DNA from: an uncultured archaeon
Lineage (GTDB): Archaea > Iainarchaeota > Iainarchaeia > Iainarchaeales > DTGL01
Reading direction: 5' to 3'
Length of the DNA stretch: 37,225 nt
Assembly (NCBI GenBank): GCA_964551725.1
Contig: CAZKED010000004.1
Span: forward strand, 1 to 37,225
Shown in pieces: positions 1-8,736 of the stretch. Below the pieces are notes generated by a model that was not told the DNA's origin, did not search any database, and was given only the letters and a program-made list of their open reading frames with translations. Every line of letters starts with the position of its first letter. The stretch's first letter is position 1. A program made the translations under genes and the position numbers.

Positions 1-1
1 A

Positions 2-1363
2 CTAAAAAAAGAAAGAGCACTGAGGAAATTTGGAACGCTTAAAGAAGCGCACAAAAATAAAAGAATCAGGGCTCCCTATTGCGGGTTTTCACACGAACTT
101 AAAAATGCAAAGTTTGTTAGAAGCGAGCATCTCAGAGCGTTTGATGTGGAACTCCCGAAAAGAGAATTTGTTTACGCTAAAGCAGTTCAAAGCGATAAGC
201 CCGTTAGGCTGCCTACCGCGCTGACGGAAGAACTAAACTTGCTTTTGGGTTATTTTGTGGGCGATGGCCATTTGTCAACCGCGGGTATAGAATTTTTTAG
301 TGCAGACAAAGAGGTCGTTAAGAAAATAGAAAACCTTTCGATTGAATTGTTTGGGTTATGTCCAAAAGTAGAAAAAGACAAGAGAAGTAAGACTCTGAGA
401 AGGGTGAGAATAAACTCAGTCTTGTTAAGGGATTTTTTCAGCAAAGTTTTCGGCTTTCCAGTTGGCAAAAAAAGCGCCACAGTAAAGCTCAATAACCTAA
501 TTTTGTGCCAAAACAATAAAAACCTGTCATCCTTTTTGCAGGCATATTTTGACTGCGATGGAAGCGTTTATGGGGGGGAAAGAACCGTTGAGGCGACAAC
601 TGCAAGCGAAGAATTGGCTTTTCAACTCCAGCAAATGCTGCTAAGGTTTGGCATTTCGGCAACCTACTCAAGAAAGAAAGTCAAAAACAGAGATTATTAC
701 CGTCTGACGATAAGGAGCACCTCTGCAGAAAAATTCTCCGAAAGAATTGGTTCAATAATGGCAAGGAAAAGAGAAAGATTGGAGGAAGTAGCACGTATTG
801 GAGAAAGGCAGGGAAGCGGAAAAACCGATATGCTGCCAATTGGAACAAAACTGAGAACTGCCAGGGAGCTTTTTGGACAAACTATTGGCGAAATCCAGCA
901 AACGGTCAACAGCTACGGAATGTATGAAAAAAAAGGAATTATTTCAAGAAACTCACTGAAAAAAATGCTTCAAAGCCTTAAAAGCAAAGAAAACAAAAAC
1001 TGGCTGAAGATATTGAAAGCGGTAAAAGAAGGAAAGAACACTTACGTCCTTTTGCGAGGAGAAACAAAATATTCCATAGAATTCTTGAATGCCATTCTCT
1101 TCAGAATACAACAGCAGGGGTTAATCCGAAAAGTGGTCTCACCAAACCCGGGAGAACATTTTGTTCTGAGCCGCAGCGGAAGAATGCTTTTGGGGAACGG
1201 AACAGGGGAGAGGGAATTTGAGGAATTACAAAAACTGGCAAATTCTGGCGTTTTTTGGCCAAAAGTTGCAAAAATAAAAAAAATAAAGCCAAAAAAGTGG
1301 GTTTACGACCTAACAGTAAAAGACAATCACAATTTTGTGGCAAACGGCATAATAGTGCATAAC
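2..1363 (+). mobile_element. Intein with LAGLIDADG homing endonuclease in SRP54 (N-terminal part outside window)
   Basis: LAGLIDADG blocks LLGYFVGDGH and FLQAYFDCDGSV, block H SEELAFQLQQMLLRFGI, and C-terminal splicing motif VYDLTVKDNHNFVANGIIVHN (His 1358-1360, Asn 1361-1363) followed by Thr+1 at 1364. Confidence 0.95.
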
Positions 1364-2401
1364 ACGACTACAGCGGCAAAACTCGCCCAGTGGTACAAAA
1401 AGCGCGGTTCGAGCGTTGCGCTTATTTGCGCTGATGTGCACAGGCCGGCTTCCTTCGAGCAGTTGCAGCAGTTGGCGGAGCAGGCGGGAGTGGAATACTA
1501 CGGCGACAAAAAGGAAAAGAACGCCGCGAAAATCGTGGAACGCGGATTGAAGGAAATGAAAAAGCATGATTTGACAATAGTTGATTCCGCCGGCAGGTCA
1601 GCCCTTGACAAAAAACTTGTAGACGAAATAAAGGAAGTTAAGTCAGTTTTCCAGCCGGAGCAAACATGGCTCGTTTTGAGCGCGGACATAGGTCAACTGG
1701 CAAAAAAGCAGGCACAGGCGTTCCATTCCACCGCGTCAATAAACGGGATAATTATTTCAAAAGTGGACGGCTCCGCCAAGGGCGGAGGAGCCCTAGCGGC
1801 GTGCGCCGAAACCCGTTCGCCGGTATACTTCATAGGCACAGGCGAGAAGCTTCCTGACCTGCAGGAGTTTGACGCGCAGCGTTACCTGGGCCTTGTAATG
1901 GGCTATGGTGATTTGCAGGGTCTGCTGCAGCGCGCCAGAGAGGTCACGGAGGAAGAGGAGTTTTCCCCCCAGGACTTGCTGAGCGGGGAATTCACTCTCA
2001 AAGCATTCTACAAGCAGCTTGAAGCAGCGAAAAAAATGGGCCCAATTTCAAAAGTGGCGGAAATGATGGGCTTGAAAGCCCAGCTGCCAAAAGAACAGCT
2101 TGAACTCGGCCAGGAAAAACTGGATTCCTTCAAGGTGTTAATGGATTCAATGACCGAACAGGAGCTTCGCAATCCAAGCATAATAAACAGGGACCGCATC
2201 CGCAGGATTGCGAGAGGTTCTGGAAAAACAGAGGCGGAAGTCCGAGAACTCTTAAAGCATTACAGGCAGACAAGCAAGTTCCTTGAAAAATTCAAAAAAC
2301 TCGGGAAAGGCAAGGACTTGAAGGACTTGGACAAACTGGACGTTGAAAAATTGATGAAGAAATTTTCCCGCAGGAAAACGAAAAAACTGAGGTTCAGGTA
2401 A
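2..2401 (+). CDS. srp54: Signal recognition particle GTPase SRP54/Ffh, intein-containing, 5'-truncated by the window edge
   Basis: The frame is open from position 2, so GTG 146 is not the true start. After the intein end the protein reads TTTAAKLA...ADVHRPAS...VDSAGR...SKVDGSAKGGG...GTGEK, then an M domain (MDSMT..E...RIRRIARGSG). These are the SRP GTPase motifs G1(part) to G5. Confidence 0.96.
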   Translation, partial: LKKERALRKFGTLKEAHKNKRIRAPYCGFSHELKNAKFVRSEHLRAFDVELPKREFVYAKAVQSDKPVRLPTALTEELNLLLGYFVGDGHLSTAGIEFFSADKEVVKKIENLSIELFGLCPKVEKDKRSKTLRRVRINSVLLRDFFSKVFGFPVGKKSATVKLNNLILCQNNKNLSSFLQAYFDCDGSVYGGERTVEATTASEELAFQLQQMLLRFGISATYSRKKVKNRDYYRLTIRSTSAEKFSERIGSIMARKRERLEEVARIGERQGSGKTDMLPIGTKLRTARELFGQTIGEIQQTVNSYGMYEKKGIISRNSLKKMLQSLKSKENKNWLKILKAVKEGKNTYVLLRGETKYSIEFLNAILFRIQQQGLIRKVVSPNPGEHFVLSRSGRMLLGNGTGEREFEELQKLANSGVFWPKVAKIKKIKPKKWVYDLTVKDNHNFVANGIIVHNTTTAAKLAQWYKKRGSSVALICADVHRPASFEQLQQLAEQAGVEYYGDKKEKNAAKIVERGLKEMKKHDLTIVDSAGRSALDKKLVDEIKEVKSVFQPEQTWLVLSADIGQLAKKQAQAFHSTASINGIIISKVDGSAKGGGALAACAETRSPVYFIGTGEKLPDLQEFDAQRYLGLVMGYGDLQGLLQRAREVTEEEEFSPQDLLSGEFTLKAFYKQLEAAKKMGPISKVAEMMGLKAQLPKEQLELGQEKLDSFKVLMDSMTEQELRNPSIINRDRIRRIARGSGKTEAEVRELLKHYRQTSKFLEKFKKLGKGKDLKDLDKLDVEKLMKKFSRRKTKKLRFR

Positions 2402-2412
2402 GGGTGTGAAAA

Positions 2413-3246
2413 ATGCTGCAATTGATTTTCTGGCGCGAGGTCATAGTGCTTTTCGGCGCGCTCTATTCCTCTTACACAGACATTAAAACAGGCATGATTC
2501 GCGATTCAGTAACTTACCCCATGATTTTCCTCGGCTTGTTCCTCCTTGCAGCGGAACTCTACGCCGGGAATTTCCATTATCTGTTCCTTCTGGTTCCCAT
2601 AGTGGTTTTTGCCGCAGGCTATATTCTCTATTTCCTGGGAAAAATAGGCGGCGGCGACGTTAAAATGTTCACTGCAATTGCCCTGCTCCTGCCGGTTTAC
2701 GAAGGTGAGATTTTCCTTCTCAACGTTCTTTTCGTTGCGGCGATTTCAAGCATTGTTTTCCTTTCGGTTTTCTACTTCTCCAAGTACTGCCGCAAGGGAA
2801 TTCGTTTCAGGGAAAACTCAAAGGATATGGCAAAGGCGCTTCTCCTCGGAGCATTTGTGACAATTTATTTCTCAATTATGGTCTACATGGAATTGATTTC
2901 CCACATCGCCTTCTACTTCCTCCTCTGGCCTGTTTTGCTTGGCTTGCTCTTTCTGGCATTCCAGACTGGAATAAAGAGGAATTTCTTCCTGAAAAGGGTG
3001 CCGCTCTCCAAACTCGAAGAGGACGAAATTGTTGCAAGGGACTTTCTCTCCAAAAAAGCCCTTTCCGCGCTCGGTTCCAGTTTCAAGGGTGTTCTTTCAA
3101 AAAAAGAGATACTGCGATTAAAAAAAGCGGGAATTTCGGAAGTGCCGGTTTACCGCGGTCTTCCGCCTTTTGCGCCCTTCCTCCTGCTCGGCGTGGCATT
3201 CTCTCTTTTGTTCCCGCACTTTTTCTCTGAGGTTTTCTTCCTCTGA
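2413..3246 (+). CDS. Prepilin/preflagellin peptidase, family A24 (PibD/FlaK-like)
   Basis: Polytopic membrane protein with catalytic aspartate motifs SYTDIK and GGGDVK, and C-terminal PPFAPFLLLG. Confidence 0.9.
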   Translation: MLQLIFWREVIVLFGALYSSYTDIKTGMIRDSVTYPMIFLGLFLLAAELYAGNFHYLFLLVPIVVFAAGYILYFLGKIGGGDVKMFTAIALLLPVYEGEIFLLNVLFVAAISSIVFLSVFYFSKYCRKGIRFRENSKDMAKALLLGAFVTIYFSIMVYMELISHIAFYFLLWPVLLGLLFLAFQTGIKRNFFLKRVPLSKLEEDEIVARDFLSKKALSALGSSFKGVLSKKEILRLKKAGISEVPVYRGLPPFAPFLLLGVAFSLLFPHFFSEVFFL

Positions 3247-3536
3247 GCGCTCAGTTTTCGCACAAAACCGCATTCCGCGCATTTCACTTCGAGTATTCCG
3301 CCGCTTTCTTTGAGTTCCGCGTTCTTTCCCCTGTGCAGGAAAGCACCGCATTTCTTGCAGTACTTTTTTTTGAGTTCTCCCGGCATTTTTGCGTTGTTCC
3401 TCTTCGCTATCCTTAGGGCGAGTTCAACATACCGCCTGCTCCTCTCAGGGTGCAGGGCGAATTCCTCTTCTGCCAATTCGAACAAGCGGTGAATGCGCTC
3501 GGTTGCAATCTTCCTTATCTCTTCCTTTTTGCCCAT
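3150..3536 (-). CDS. rnp4: Ribonuclease P protein component 4 (Rpp21)
   Basis: IATERIHRLFELA...RRYVELA..IA...KKYCKKC...VKCAECG zinc ribbon. ATG 3536 (MGKKEE) preferred to GTG 3554. Confidence 0.92.
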   Translation of the reverse strand: MGKKEEIRKIATERIHRLFELAEEEFALHPERSRRYVELALRIAKRNNAKMPGELKKKYCKKCGAFLHRGKNAELKESGGILEVKCAECGFVRKLSAQRKKTSEKKCGNKRENATPSRRKGAKGGRPR

Positions 3537-3567
3537 TTTTTTTGCCTCGCGCACAGAACCAGTTGAG

Positions 3568-3639
3568 TGCGACCGCCGGGATTCGAACCCGGGACGAGAG
3601 CTTGGAAGGCTCTAATGATAACCACTTCACTACGGTCGC
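3568..3639 (-). tRNA. tRNA-Gly(TCC)
   Basis: Reverse complement folds as a cloverleaf: acceptor GCGACCG/CGGTCGC+A, anticodon arm AGAGC-CTTCCAA-GCTCT, T arm CCGGG-TTCGAAT-CCCGG. No encoded CCA. Confidence 0.96.
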
Positions 3640-3668
3640 TTGTATTGAAAGAGTGCCGGGTTTTGTTT

Positions 3669-4349
3669 TTATTTGTTTTCTTGTTCTATGAGTTCCGTGA
3701 GATGCCCGAAGGGCAGTTCTTTGGCACCCTTATTGAGTGCGAACCTTATAATTTTTAGCCTGCTTGCCTTTTTTGGATGGCGGCGGAAGAGTTCTATTGC
3801 AAGTGACAAACCCTGCCTGTGCTTTTGGTTTCTCGTTTGGTTAATTTCATTCTCGGTCCCGGGCTTGTCTTCAAGCAAGTCCTCGAAATAAGCCTTGTTG
3901 TGCTGTCGCATGTATTCCAATTGGCCCCAGTAAGCAATGAATTCTGACACTGCTGGGTCTGGGTGCACTCCACGTTTTCTGCAGGCGAGATAGTTGGCTG
4001 TGTGAGCTTGTTCGTGAGCTATAACTTGTTTTGTTTCGGTCTTGGGAAAGCCGCTCTTTTTTGGCCTGATTAAAATAAGGCCGCTTTTTTCCCTTGAAAG
4101 CGCGGTGCCTGGCCTCTTGGAGCATTCTTCAACCAGCCGCATTTTTTCTTTGGCTCGCTCGGCGGCAACCGCGGTACTCTTTGCCGTGCTCTTTTTTATT
4201 CCGGTATCCCTGTCCAATTGTTTCCGGGTCTGCTCAATAAATTTCACTACGTTTGTTGTGATGTTGCAATATCCGCTTACGCCGAGCCGTCTTCGCAGGG
4301 ACATCCAGTTTTGTTTTGCAAACCTCCTTAGTGGTTTTGGGACAGGCAT
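3669..4349 (-). CDS. Basic hypothetical protein with HExxH...E zinc-metallopeptidase-like motif
   Basis: 226-aa ORF filling the gap between tRNA-Gly and tmk, with VIAHEQAH followed about 17 aa later by SEFIAY. Confidence 0.65.
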   Translation of the reverse strand: MPVPKPLRRFAKQNWMSLRRRLGVSGYCNITTNVVKFIEQTRKQLDRDTGIKKSTAKSTAVAAERAKEKMRLVEECSKRPGTALSREKSGLILIRPKKSGFPKTETKQVIAHEQAHTANYLACRKRGVHPDPAVSEFIAYWGQLEYMRQHNKAYFEDLLEDKPGTENEINQTRNQKHRQGLSLAIELFRRHPKKASRLKIIRFALNKGAKELPFGHLTELIEQENK

Positions 4350-4439
4350 ATTAACAATCTTGCCCCAAGTTGTTTTTATTCCTTCCCAGTGGCTTTCTTT
4401 TTATTCTTTTTCTTTCTCCGTATAAAAGGGGGTTTTTGA

Positions 4440-5063
4440 TTGGCTGACAACAAGGGCTGTTTCGTTGTATTCGAGGGACTGGATGCAAGCGGAAAGGGAA
4501 CAATGTTAGCGAGAACAGCGGAATGGCTCTTCAATTCGCATGCCGTGGACAAAATTCTGCTCACGCGCGAGCCGACAAATTCCAGCCACGGAAAGCAGAT
4601 AAGGAAATTACTGCAGAAAGACGAGGAGCCCATGACCAAGGCAAAGCAGTTGCTGAACCTATATCTGGAGGACCGCAAGGAACACCTGCAAAAAGTGATA
4701 AAGCCCGCTCTCCAGCTGAACACATTCGTTTTGTGCGATAGATACAAGCACTCCACAATATGCTACCAGCAGGCCCAGGGCATTCCCTTGGAAAAAATAA
4801 TTGCCCTCCATGAAAGAATGCTTGTTCCTGACCTCACGCTGATTCTCGATGTTTCCGCGGAAACCGCGCTTGAAAGGATTGGGAAAAACCGCGCAAAGTA
4901 CGAAAAATTCGAGAAAAAATTCTTTCTGGAAGAACTGAGGCAGAATTACCTCGCTCTCAAAAAACAGCTCCCCGGAGAAAACATTAAAGTGATTAACGCA
5001 GAGCTGCCCGAGGACGAAGTGTTCTCCCAGGTTAAAAGGGCGGTTTCGGGAGTTCTGAAGTGA
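4440..5063 (+). CDS. tmk: Thymidylate (dTMP) kinase
   Basis: FVVFEGLDASGKGT P-loop, TREPT, VLCDRY, PDLTLILDV motifs. TTG start. Confidence 0.96.
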   Translation: MADNKGCFVVFEGLDASGKGTMLARTAEWLFNSHAVDKILLTREPTNSSHGKQIRKLLQKDEEPMTKAKQLLNLYLEDRKEHLQKVIKPALQLNTFVLCDRYKHSTICYQQAQGIPLEKIIALHERMLVPDLTLILDVSAETALERIGKNRAKYEKFEKKFFLEELRQNYLALKKQLPGENIKVINAELPEDEVFSQVKRAVSGVLK

Positions 5064-5082
5064 AACGTGCAAAAGAAAGGAA

Positions 5083-5089
5083 TTTATAA
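5083..5089 (+). promoter_or_regulatory. Putative archaeal TATA box
   Basis: TTTATAA preceded by a purine-rich BRE-like AAAAGAAAGG, about 30 nt before ATG 5120. Confidence 0.5.
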
Positions 5090-5119
5090 TGTGTTTTTCT
5101 ATTGTTCTGGAGTGATTTT

Positions 5120-6154
5120 ATGGGATTGGTTGTAGATTCGATGGCGGAAATTCTGAAAAAGAGCTTTGATTTGAAGGCGTGGATTTATTTCTTCCTTCTC
5201 TGGGTCATACAATTGGTCGTAGGCTTTGTTGTGGGGTCTATTGTAATTTTCGGCGTGATTTTTATGTCTCTCGGGCTTGCTTTTTCTTTTTCATCGCAAT
5301 CGCCTTTGAACCCCGTTGCAGCAATTGTTTTTCTTCTGGTGTTTGCAGTGGTAGCATTGGCGTTGCTGGCTGTGGCGGTATTTGTTCAGGGTCTCGGAAT
5401 TCACTTTTCGAGGGATTTTCTGGCCGGAAGGGTTTCCTCTCTCACAAAAGCGCTTTCAAACGCATTCAACAGAACGCTTGCCAGGTTTTGGGCGATTCTG
5501 GGCACCCAGTTAATAGTATCCATAATAGTGCTTGTAATACTGGGCATTCTGGGCTTGGTTCTTTTGCTGCCTGTGTTTTTATCCATTGCCCCATTGCTGC
5601 AGTCTCCCGCAGCCCTCGCCGGCCCCTTTTCAGTGATAACTTCTCTGGGCTCGGCATTGATATGGCTTGTTGTCGGGGCAATAGTTTTCGTGATTGTTGC
5701 CTTCCTTTTAAGCCCGTTTTTTGTTCTTTCCTTTCAGGTGCCCTTGTTCGAGGACAGGGGCATAATCGAATCAGTGAAGAGGGTGCTGGGGCTGGGGAGG
5801 AAAAACTATTCACTGAACCTGTCCTTTATTTTTCTTTTCGCTCTCGTGCTTGTTGTTCCCATGGCAATCTTCCTGTTCGTGGAATTCGCGCCCTATCTCT
5901 TTTTCGGATTTTCCCTGACGGGGTGCTCTGGCATTGAATGCCTGACAGGCGCGTTGGCTGCTGGCTCAGTTGCTTTTTTCCTTCTGTGGATTGTTGTTTC
6001 GTTTTTCATAGAGCTCGTTGTCCAGATATGGGTTTCCATTGCAGGGTCTTTCTTCTCAGCCAAAATATACGAATTGAATGTCAGGGGAGAGCGCCCCAGG
6101 CGGACTTCTTTTAAGCAGCCGGAAACCAAACAGCCATGGCTCAAAAAGAAATAG
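5120..6154 (+). CDS. Polytopic membrane protein of unknown function
   Basis: About 6 long hydrophobic segments and a loop EDRGIIESVKR typical of uncharacterised archaeal membrane proteins. ATG 5120 follows GGAGTGA. Confidence 0.75.
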   Translation: MGLVVDSMAEILKKSFDLKAWIYFFLLWVIQLVVGFVVGSIVIFGVIFMSLGLAFSFSSQSPLNPVAAIVFLLVFAVVALALLAVAVFVQGLGIHFSRDFLAGRVSSLTKALSNAFNRTLARFWAILGTQLIVSIIVLVILGILGLVLLLPVFLSIAPLLQSPAALAGPFSVITSLGSALIWLVVGAIVFVIVAFLLSPFFVLSFQVPLFEDRGIIESVKRVLGLGRKNYSLNLSFIFLFALVLVVPMAIFLFVEFAPYLFFGFSLTGCSGIECLTGALAAGSVAFFLLWIVVSFFIELVVQIWVSIAGSFFSAKIYELNVRGERPRRTSFKQPETKQPWLKKK

Positions 6155-6170
6155 TTTTCGGGAAAGAAAA

Positions 6171-6241
6171 TGCGACCGCCGGGATTCGAACCCGAGTCAC
6201 CACCTTGGCAAGGTGGAATTCTACCACTAAACTACGGTCGC
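6171..6241 (-). tRNA. tRNA-Gly(GCC)
   Basis: Acceptor GCGACCG/CGGTCGC+A, anticodon arm CCACC-TTGCCAA-GGTGG, TTCGAAT T loop. Confidence 0.96.
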
Positions 6242-6291
6242 TTCCAGGATATAATTTCTCCAAAGCAATGTTTTTATTTTTTGGCTGAAAT

Positions 6292-6382
6292 TGGGCCCGG
6301 AGAGAATCGAACTCTCGACCTCCACCTATCCCAGCTAAAAATGCGTGTAAGGGTGGCATCTTAACCACTGGACCACGGGCCC
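6292..6382 (-). tRNA. tRNA-Val(TAC) with 18-nt intron at canonical 37/38 (intron 6328-6345)
   Basis: Acceptor GGGCCCG/CGGGCCC+A, anticodon arm CCACC-CTTACA-[CGCATTTTTAGCTGGGAT]-A-GGTGG, T arm GAGAG-TTCGATT-CTCTC. Intron forms a bulge-helix-bulge (CUUA/UGGG). Confidence 0.93.
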
Positions 6383-6516
6383 TCCCATTAGATTTTTTCG
6401 CGTAAAGATTTAAAAGGGGTTGATTTCCGCTCATTCCGCCGCGGAAAGGGCTTTTTATTTTTTTTGCCTTGCATTCTTTACAGTGTTTTTCCCCTTTGGG
6501 GTTTGGAGGATTGAAA

Positions 6517-6936
6517 ATGAAGAGGTTTTTTTTGTTCAGGGTCGGTGGAAAAGACCTGCACCTGCCCAAAACAATTGGCGCGTTCATAGTGTTCGCGGGC
6601 ATTCTCCTTTTTTTCCAGTCCGCTGCGCTGATGTTCGACAGCTGGGAGAACATAAAGTATGTTAACGGCTGCATGCAGAGCGCGAGCTCCATTGTCGAAT
6701 TGGGCGAGTGCCAGCAAGCCGCGAATGAAGCATTCTCCTTCCATGTGCGCGCGGAGCAAACGCATTTGACCAACAAGCAGTTTGCGGTAGCCCTCATTGG
6801 ACCAGTAGCGAGAATGTTTCTCTGGATTGCTTTGATGGCTTTCGGTGTAATCGTTTACAATACCGGCAGGCTGACAATTCCCGTGGAGGAATCGGTCAGG
6901 GAAATAAAGGAAAAAAGAAAGAGGAAAGGGAAGTAA
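6517..6936 (+). CDS. Two-TM hypothetical membrane protein
   Basis: ATG 6517 after GGAGG. Two hydrophobic segments flank a loop with two Cys, followed by a basic tail. Confidence 0.7.
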   Translation: MKRFFLFRVGGKDLHLPKTIGAFIVFAGILLFFQSAALMFDSWENIKYVNGCMQSASSIVELGECQQAANEAFSFHVRAEQTHLTNKQFAVALIGPVARMFLWIALMAFGVIVYNTGRLTIPVEESVREIKEKRKRKGK

Positions 6937-8190
6937 TCATTCCCTCAAAATAATGGTTTTTGTCTTCCTTGACTTTTTCCTTATTTTTCCCTCTTTCACT
7001 CCGACCAAAAATTCAATGCCGTTCGCTTCGGCTGTCTCCAGGAGCCTGTTTGTAATTATTCCGTCCAGCACTATTGTTTTTGCCTTGTCCTCTTTCTTTA
7101 TTGATTTCAGCAGGTCGCGAACACTTACTGTTGCGAGTTCCTTTCCCTTTTCGTCGAGCAGTTTGGCTTTGAGGGTGCCCTTGAGGGAATCCATCACCGG
7201 CTTGAATTTTTCCTTTTCCTTCTCGAATTGTTGTTGCGCCTGTTTGGGCTGCGCGCCGCCGCCTGCCGGCTGGCTTCTCTGCGCGTTTTTTTGTGGAACT
7301 CTTGCAGGCGTTCTTTCAGTTCTCTGTGCTTGGGGTTTCTGTGCCTGCTTTCCTGACGCGGGCTCTTTTTTGTCCTCTTGCACGACAGAGGTTTTCTTCC
7401 TAAGAGCCATTACTATTTCCTTTCTTGTAAGTTCTTCGACTTCCTTTCCTTCGGGCGCTCTTGCAATGTAGTCCACTTCGGCCAGCTGCTGGAGCTTCCT
7501 GAGGTTCAGGCTTCCGCCCCTGTCTCCGTCAATGAAAACCGTTACTGTTTTTTCCCTGCACAAATCGATTATTGCCTGCGGAATCTTTGAGCCGTCCATT
7601 CCCACAACGTTCTTTATGTTGTTTTTAAGCAGATTTATTACGTCCGCCCTGCCTTCAACAACGATAATGGAATCCGAGTTTTTTACTGCAGGCCCGGCTG
7701 GAATTTTTTCCCTGCCGAATTCCATTATTTCGCCTTTCCTCACAAGGTTGCGCACTCTTGTGGAGATTTCCCCTGAATCGGGGATTTGCTCGTTCATAAG
7801 TCTTTTGAGAAGCTCCTCTGCCCTGTGCACTATTTCCTCTCTTTTGAGGCTGCGTGTGTCCTGTATAAGCGAGACCCTGAAGTTCGCACTGCACGGTCCC
7901 ACCTTGTCCACTGTCTCCAGGGCTGCTGCCAGAATGCTTGTTTCAGCCATGTCCATGCTGCTCGGAATTATCACTTTTCCGGTTGTAACTCCTGCATGCG
8001 TTGTCGGCAGGATTTTGATCCTGCCTATTTTTCCGTTTTTCTGCAATTCCCTCAGGTCGAGTTCCTCGCCGAGCAGGCCTTCGCACTGCCCGAATATTGC
8101 CCCGACTATGTCGTGCTTGTCCACTATTCCGCTTATTTTGAAGGTAGCTGACACTTCGTATTTTACCGTGTCAATGTATGTTTTAGCCAT
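6937..8190 (-). CDS. dnaG: Archaeal DnaG (TOPRIM; primase-like, exosome-associated)
   Basis: DIVGAIFGQCEGLLG.ELDLRELQK.GKIGRI, AAALETVDKVGP, TOPRIM IIVVEGRADV and FIDGDRGG, EVEELT.KE. Confidence 0.96.
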   Translation of the reverse strand: MAKTYIDTVKYEVSATFKISGIVDKHDIVGAIFGQCEGLLGEELDLRELQKNGKIGRIKILPTTHAGVTTGKVIIPSSMDMAETSILAAALETVDKVGPCSANFRVSLIQDTRSLKREEIVHRAEELLKRLMNEQIPDSGEISTRVRNLVRKGEIMEFGREKIPAGPAVKNSDSIIVVEGRADVINLLKNNIKNVVGMDGSKIPQAIIDLCREKTVTVFIDGDRGGSLNLRKLQQLAEVDYIARAPEGKEVEELTRKEIVMALRKKTSVVQEDKKEPASGKQAQKPQAQRTERTPARVPQKNAQRSQPAGGGAQPKQAQQQFEKEKEKFKPVMDSLKGTLKAKLLDEKGKELATVSVRDLLKSIKKEDKAKTIVLDGIITNRLLETAEANGIEFLVGVKEGKIRKKSRKTKTIILRE

Positions 8191-8273
8191 TAAAAATCAC
8201 TTCCTGAATTATATTGCCATATTATGTATAAGTCATTCTTTTTTTTTGACTTTTTCCAGTTTTTTTAAAAGAA

Positions 8274-8570
8274 TCAGTTTTCCGCAAGGGCTTTTTCCAG
8301 GGCTTCAGCCGCTTTTTCCGTGTTTCCCTGAAGTTCTATTGTTTTTTCCCTTGAGTGCCTTCCTTTTATTATTTCCGCCCTGCAACCTGTTATTTCACCG
8401 AGTTTCCTTTCTATTTCAAGGTTCGCTTTTCCCTTTTCCGCCGGGCTTTTCACCTTTATTTTAAAGGCACTGCTCCATCGGTCGAATCCAGCCACGGCGA
8501 ATTCATCAGAACAAGCGGCAACCTTTGCCCTTATTATTGCTCCTTTTTTTGTCTTTCTGAGTTTAAGCAT
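8274..8570 (-). CDS. DUF167/UPF0235 (YggU-like) protein
   Basis: KVKSPAEKGKAN and IIKGRHSREK motifs. Confidence 0.88.
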   Translation of the reverse strand: MLKLRKTKKGAIIRAKVAACSDEFAVAGFDRWSSAFKIKVKSPAEKGKANLEIERKLGEITGCRAEIIKGRHSREKTIELQGNTEKAAEALEKALAEN

Positions 8571-8736
8571 GAAATTCTAAAACGGAAACTAATCCTTTTT
8601 ATGTATATATTTACCCCGCAGTGGTCTTTAAAAACCCTTTGCTCCCCTCAAGAGCAAGGCAAAACATCGCTTTTTTTAGTCTTTTTGCCCTTTTTTTATT
8701 TCAATTCCCCTTTTCAGGGCGAGCGGAGGCGGCATT

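Noticed and set aside
3568-6194. 24-bp direct repeat TGCGACCGCCGGGATTCGAACCCG at 3568 and 6171, suggesting attL/attR of an integrated element
   Set aside because: Both copies are 3' ends of complete tRNA-Gly isoacceptors, the enclosed DNA includes tmk, and there is no integrase.
7220-7380. Q/P/A-rich stretch in DnaG as a separate element
   Set aside because: It is in frame and matches the variable linker between the TOPRIM and C-terminal domains of archaeal DnaG.
6953-8464. Long + strand ORFs 6953-7471 and 7532-8464
   Set aside because: Antisense shadows of dnaG and DUF167.
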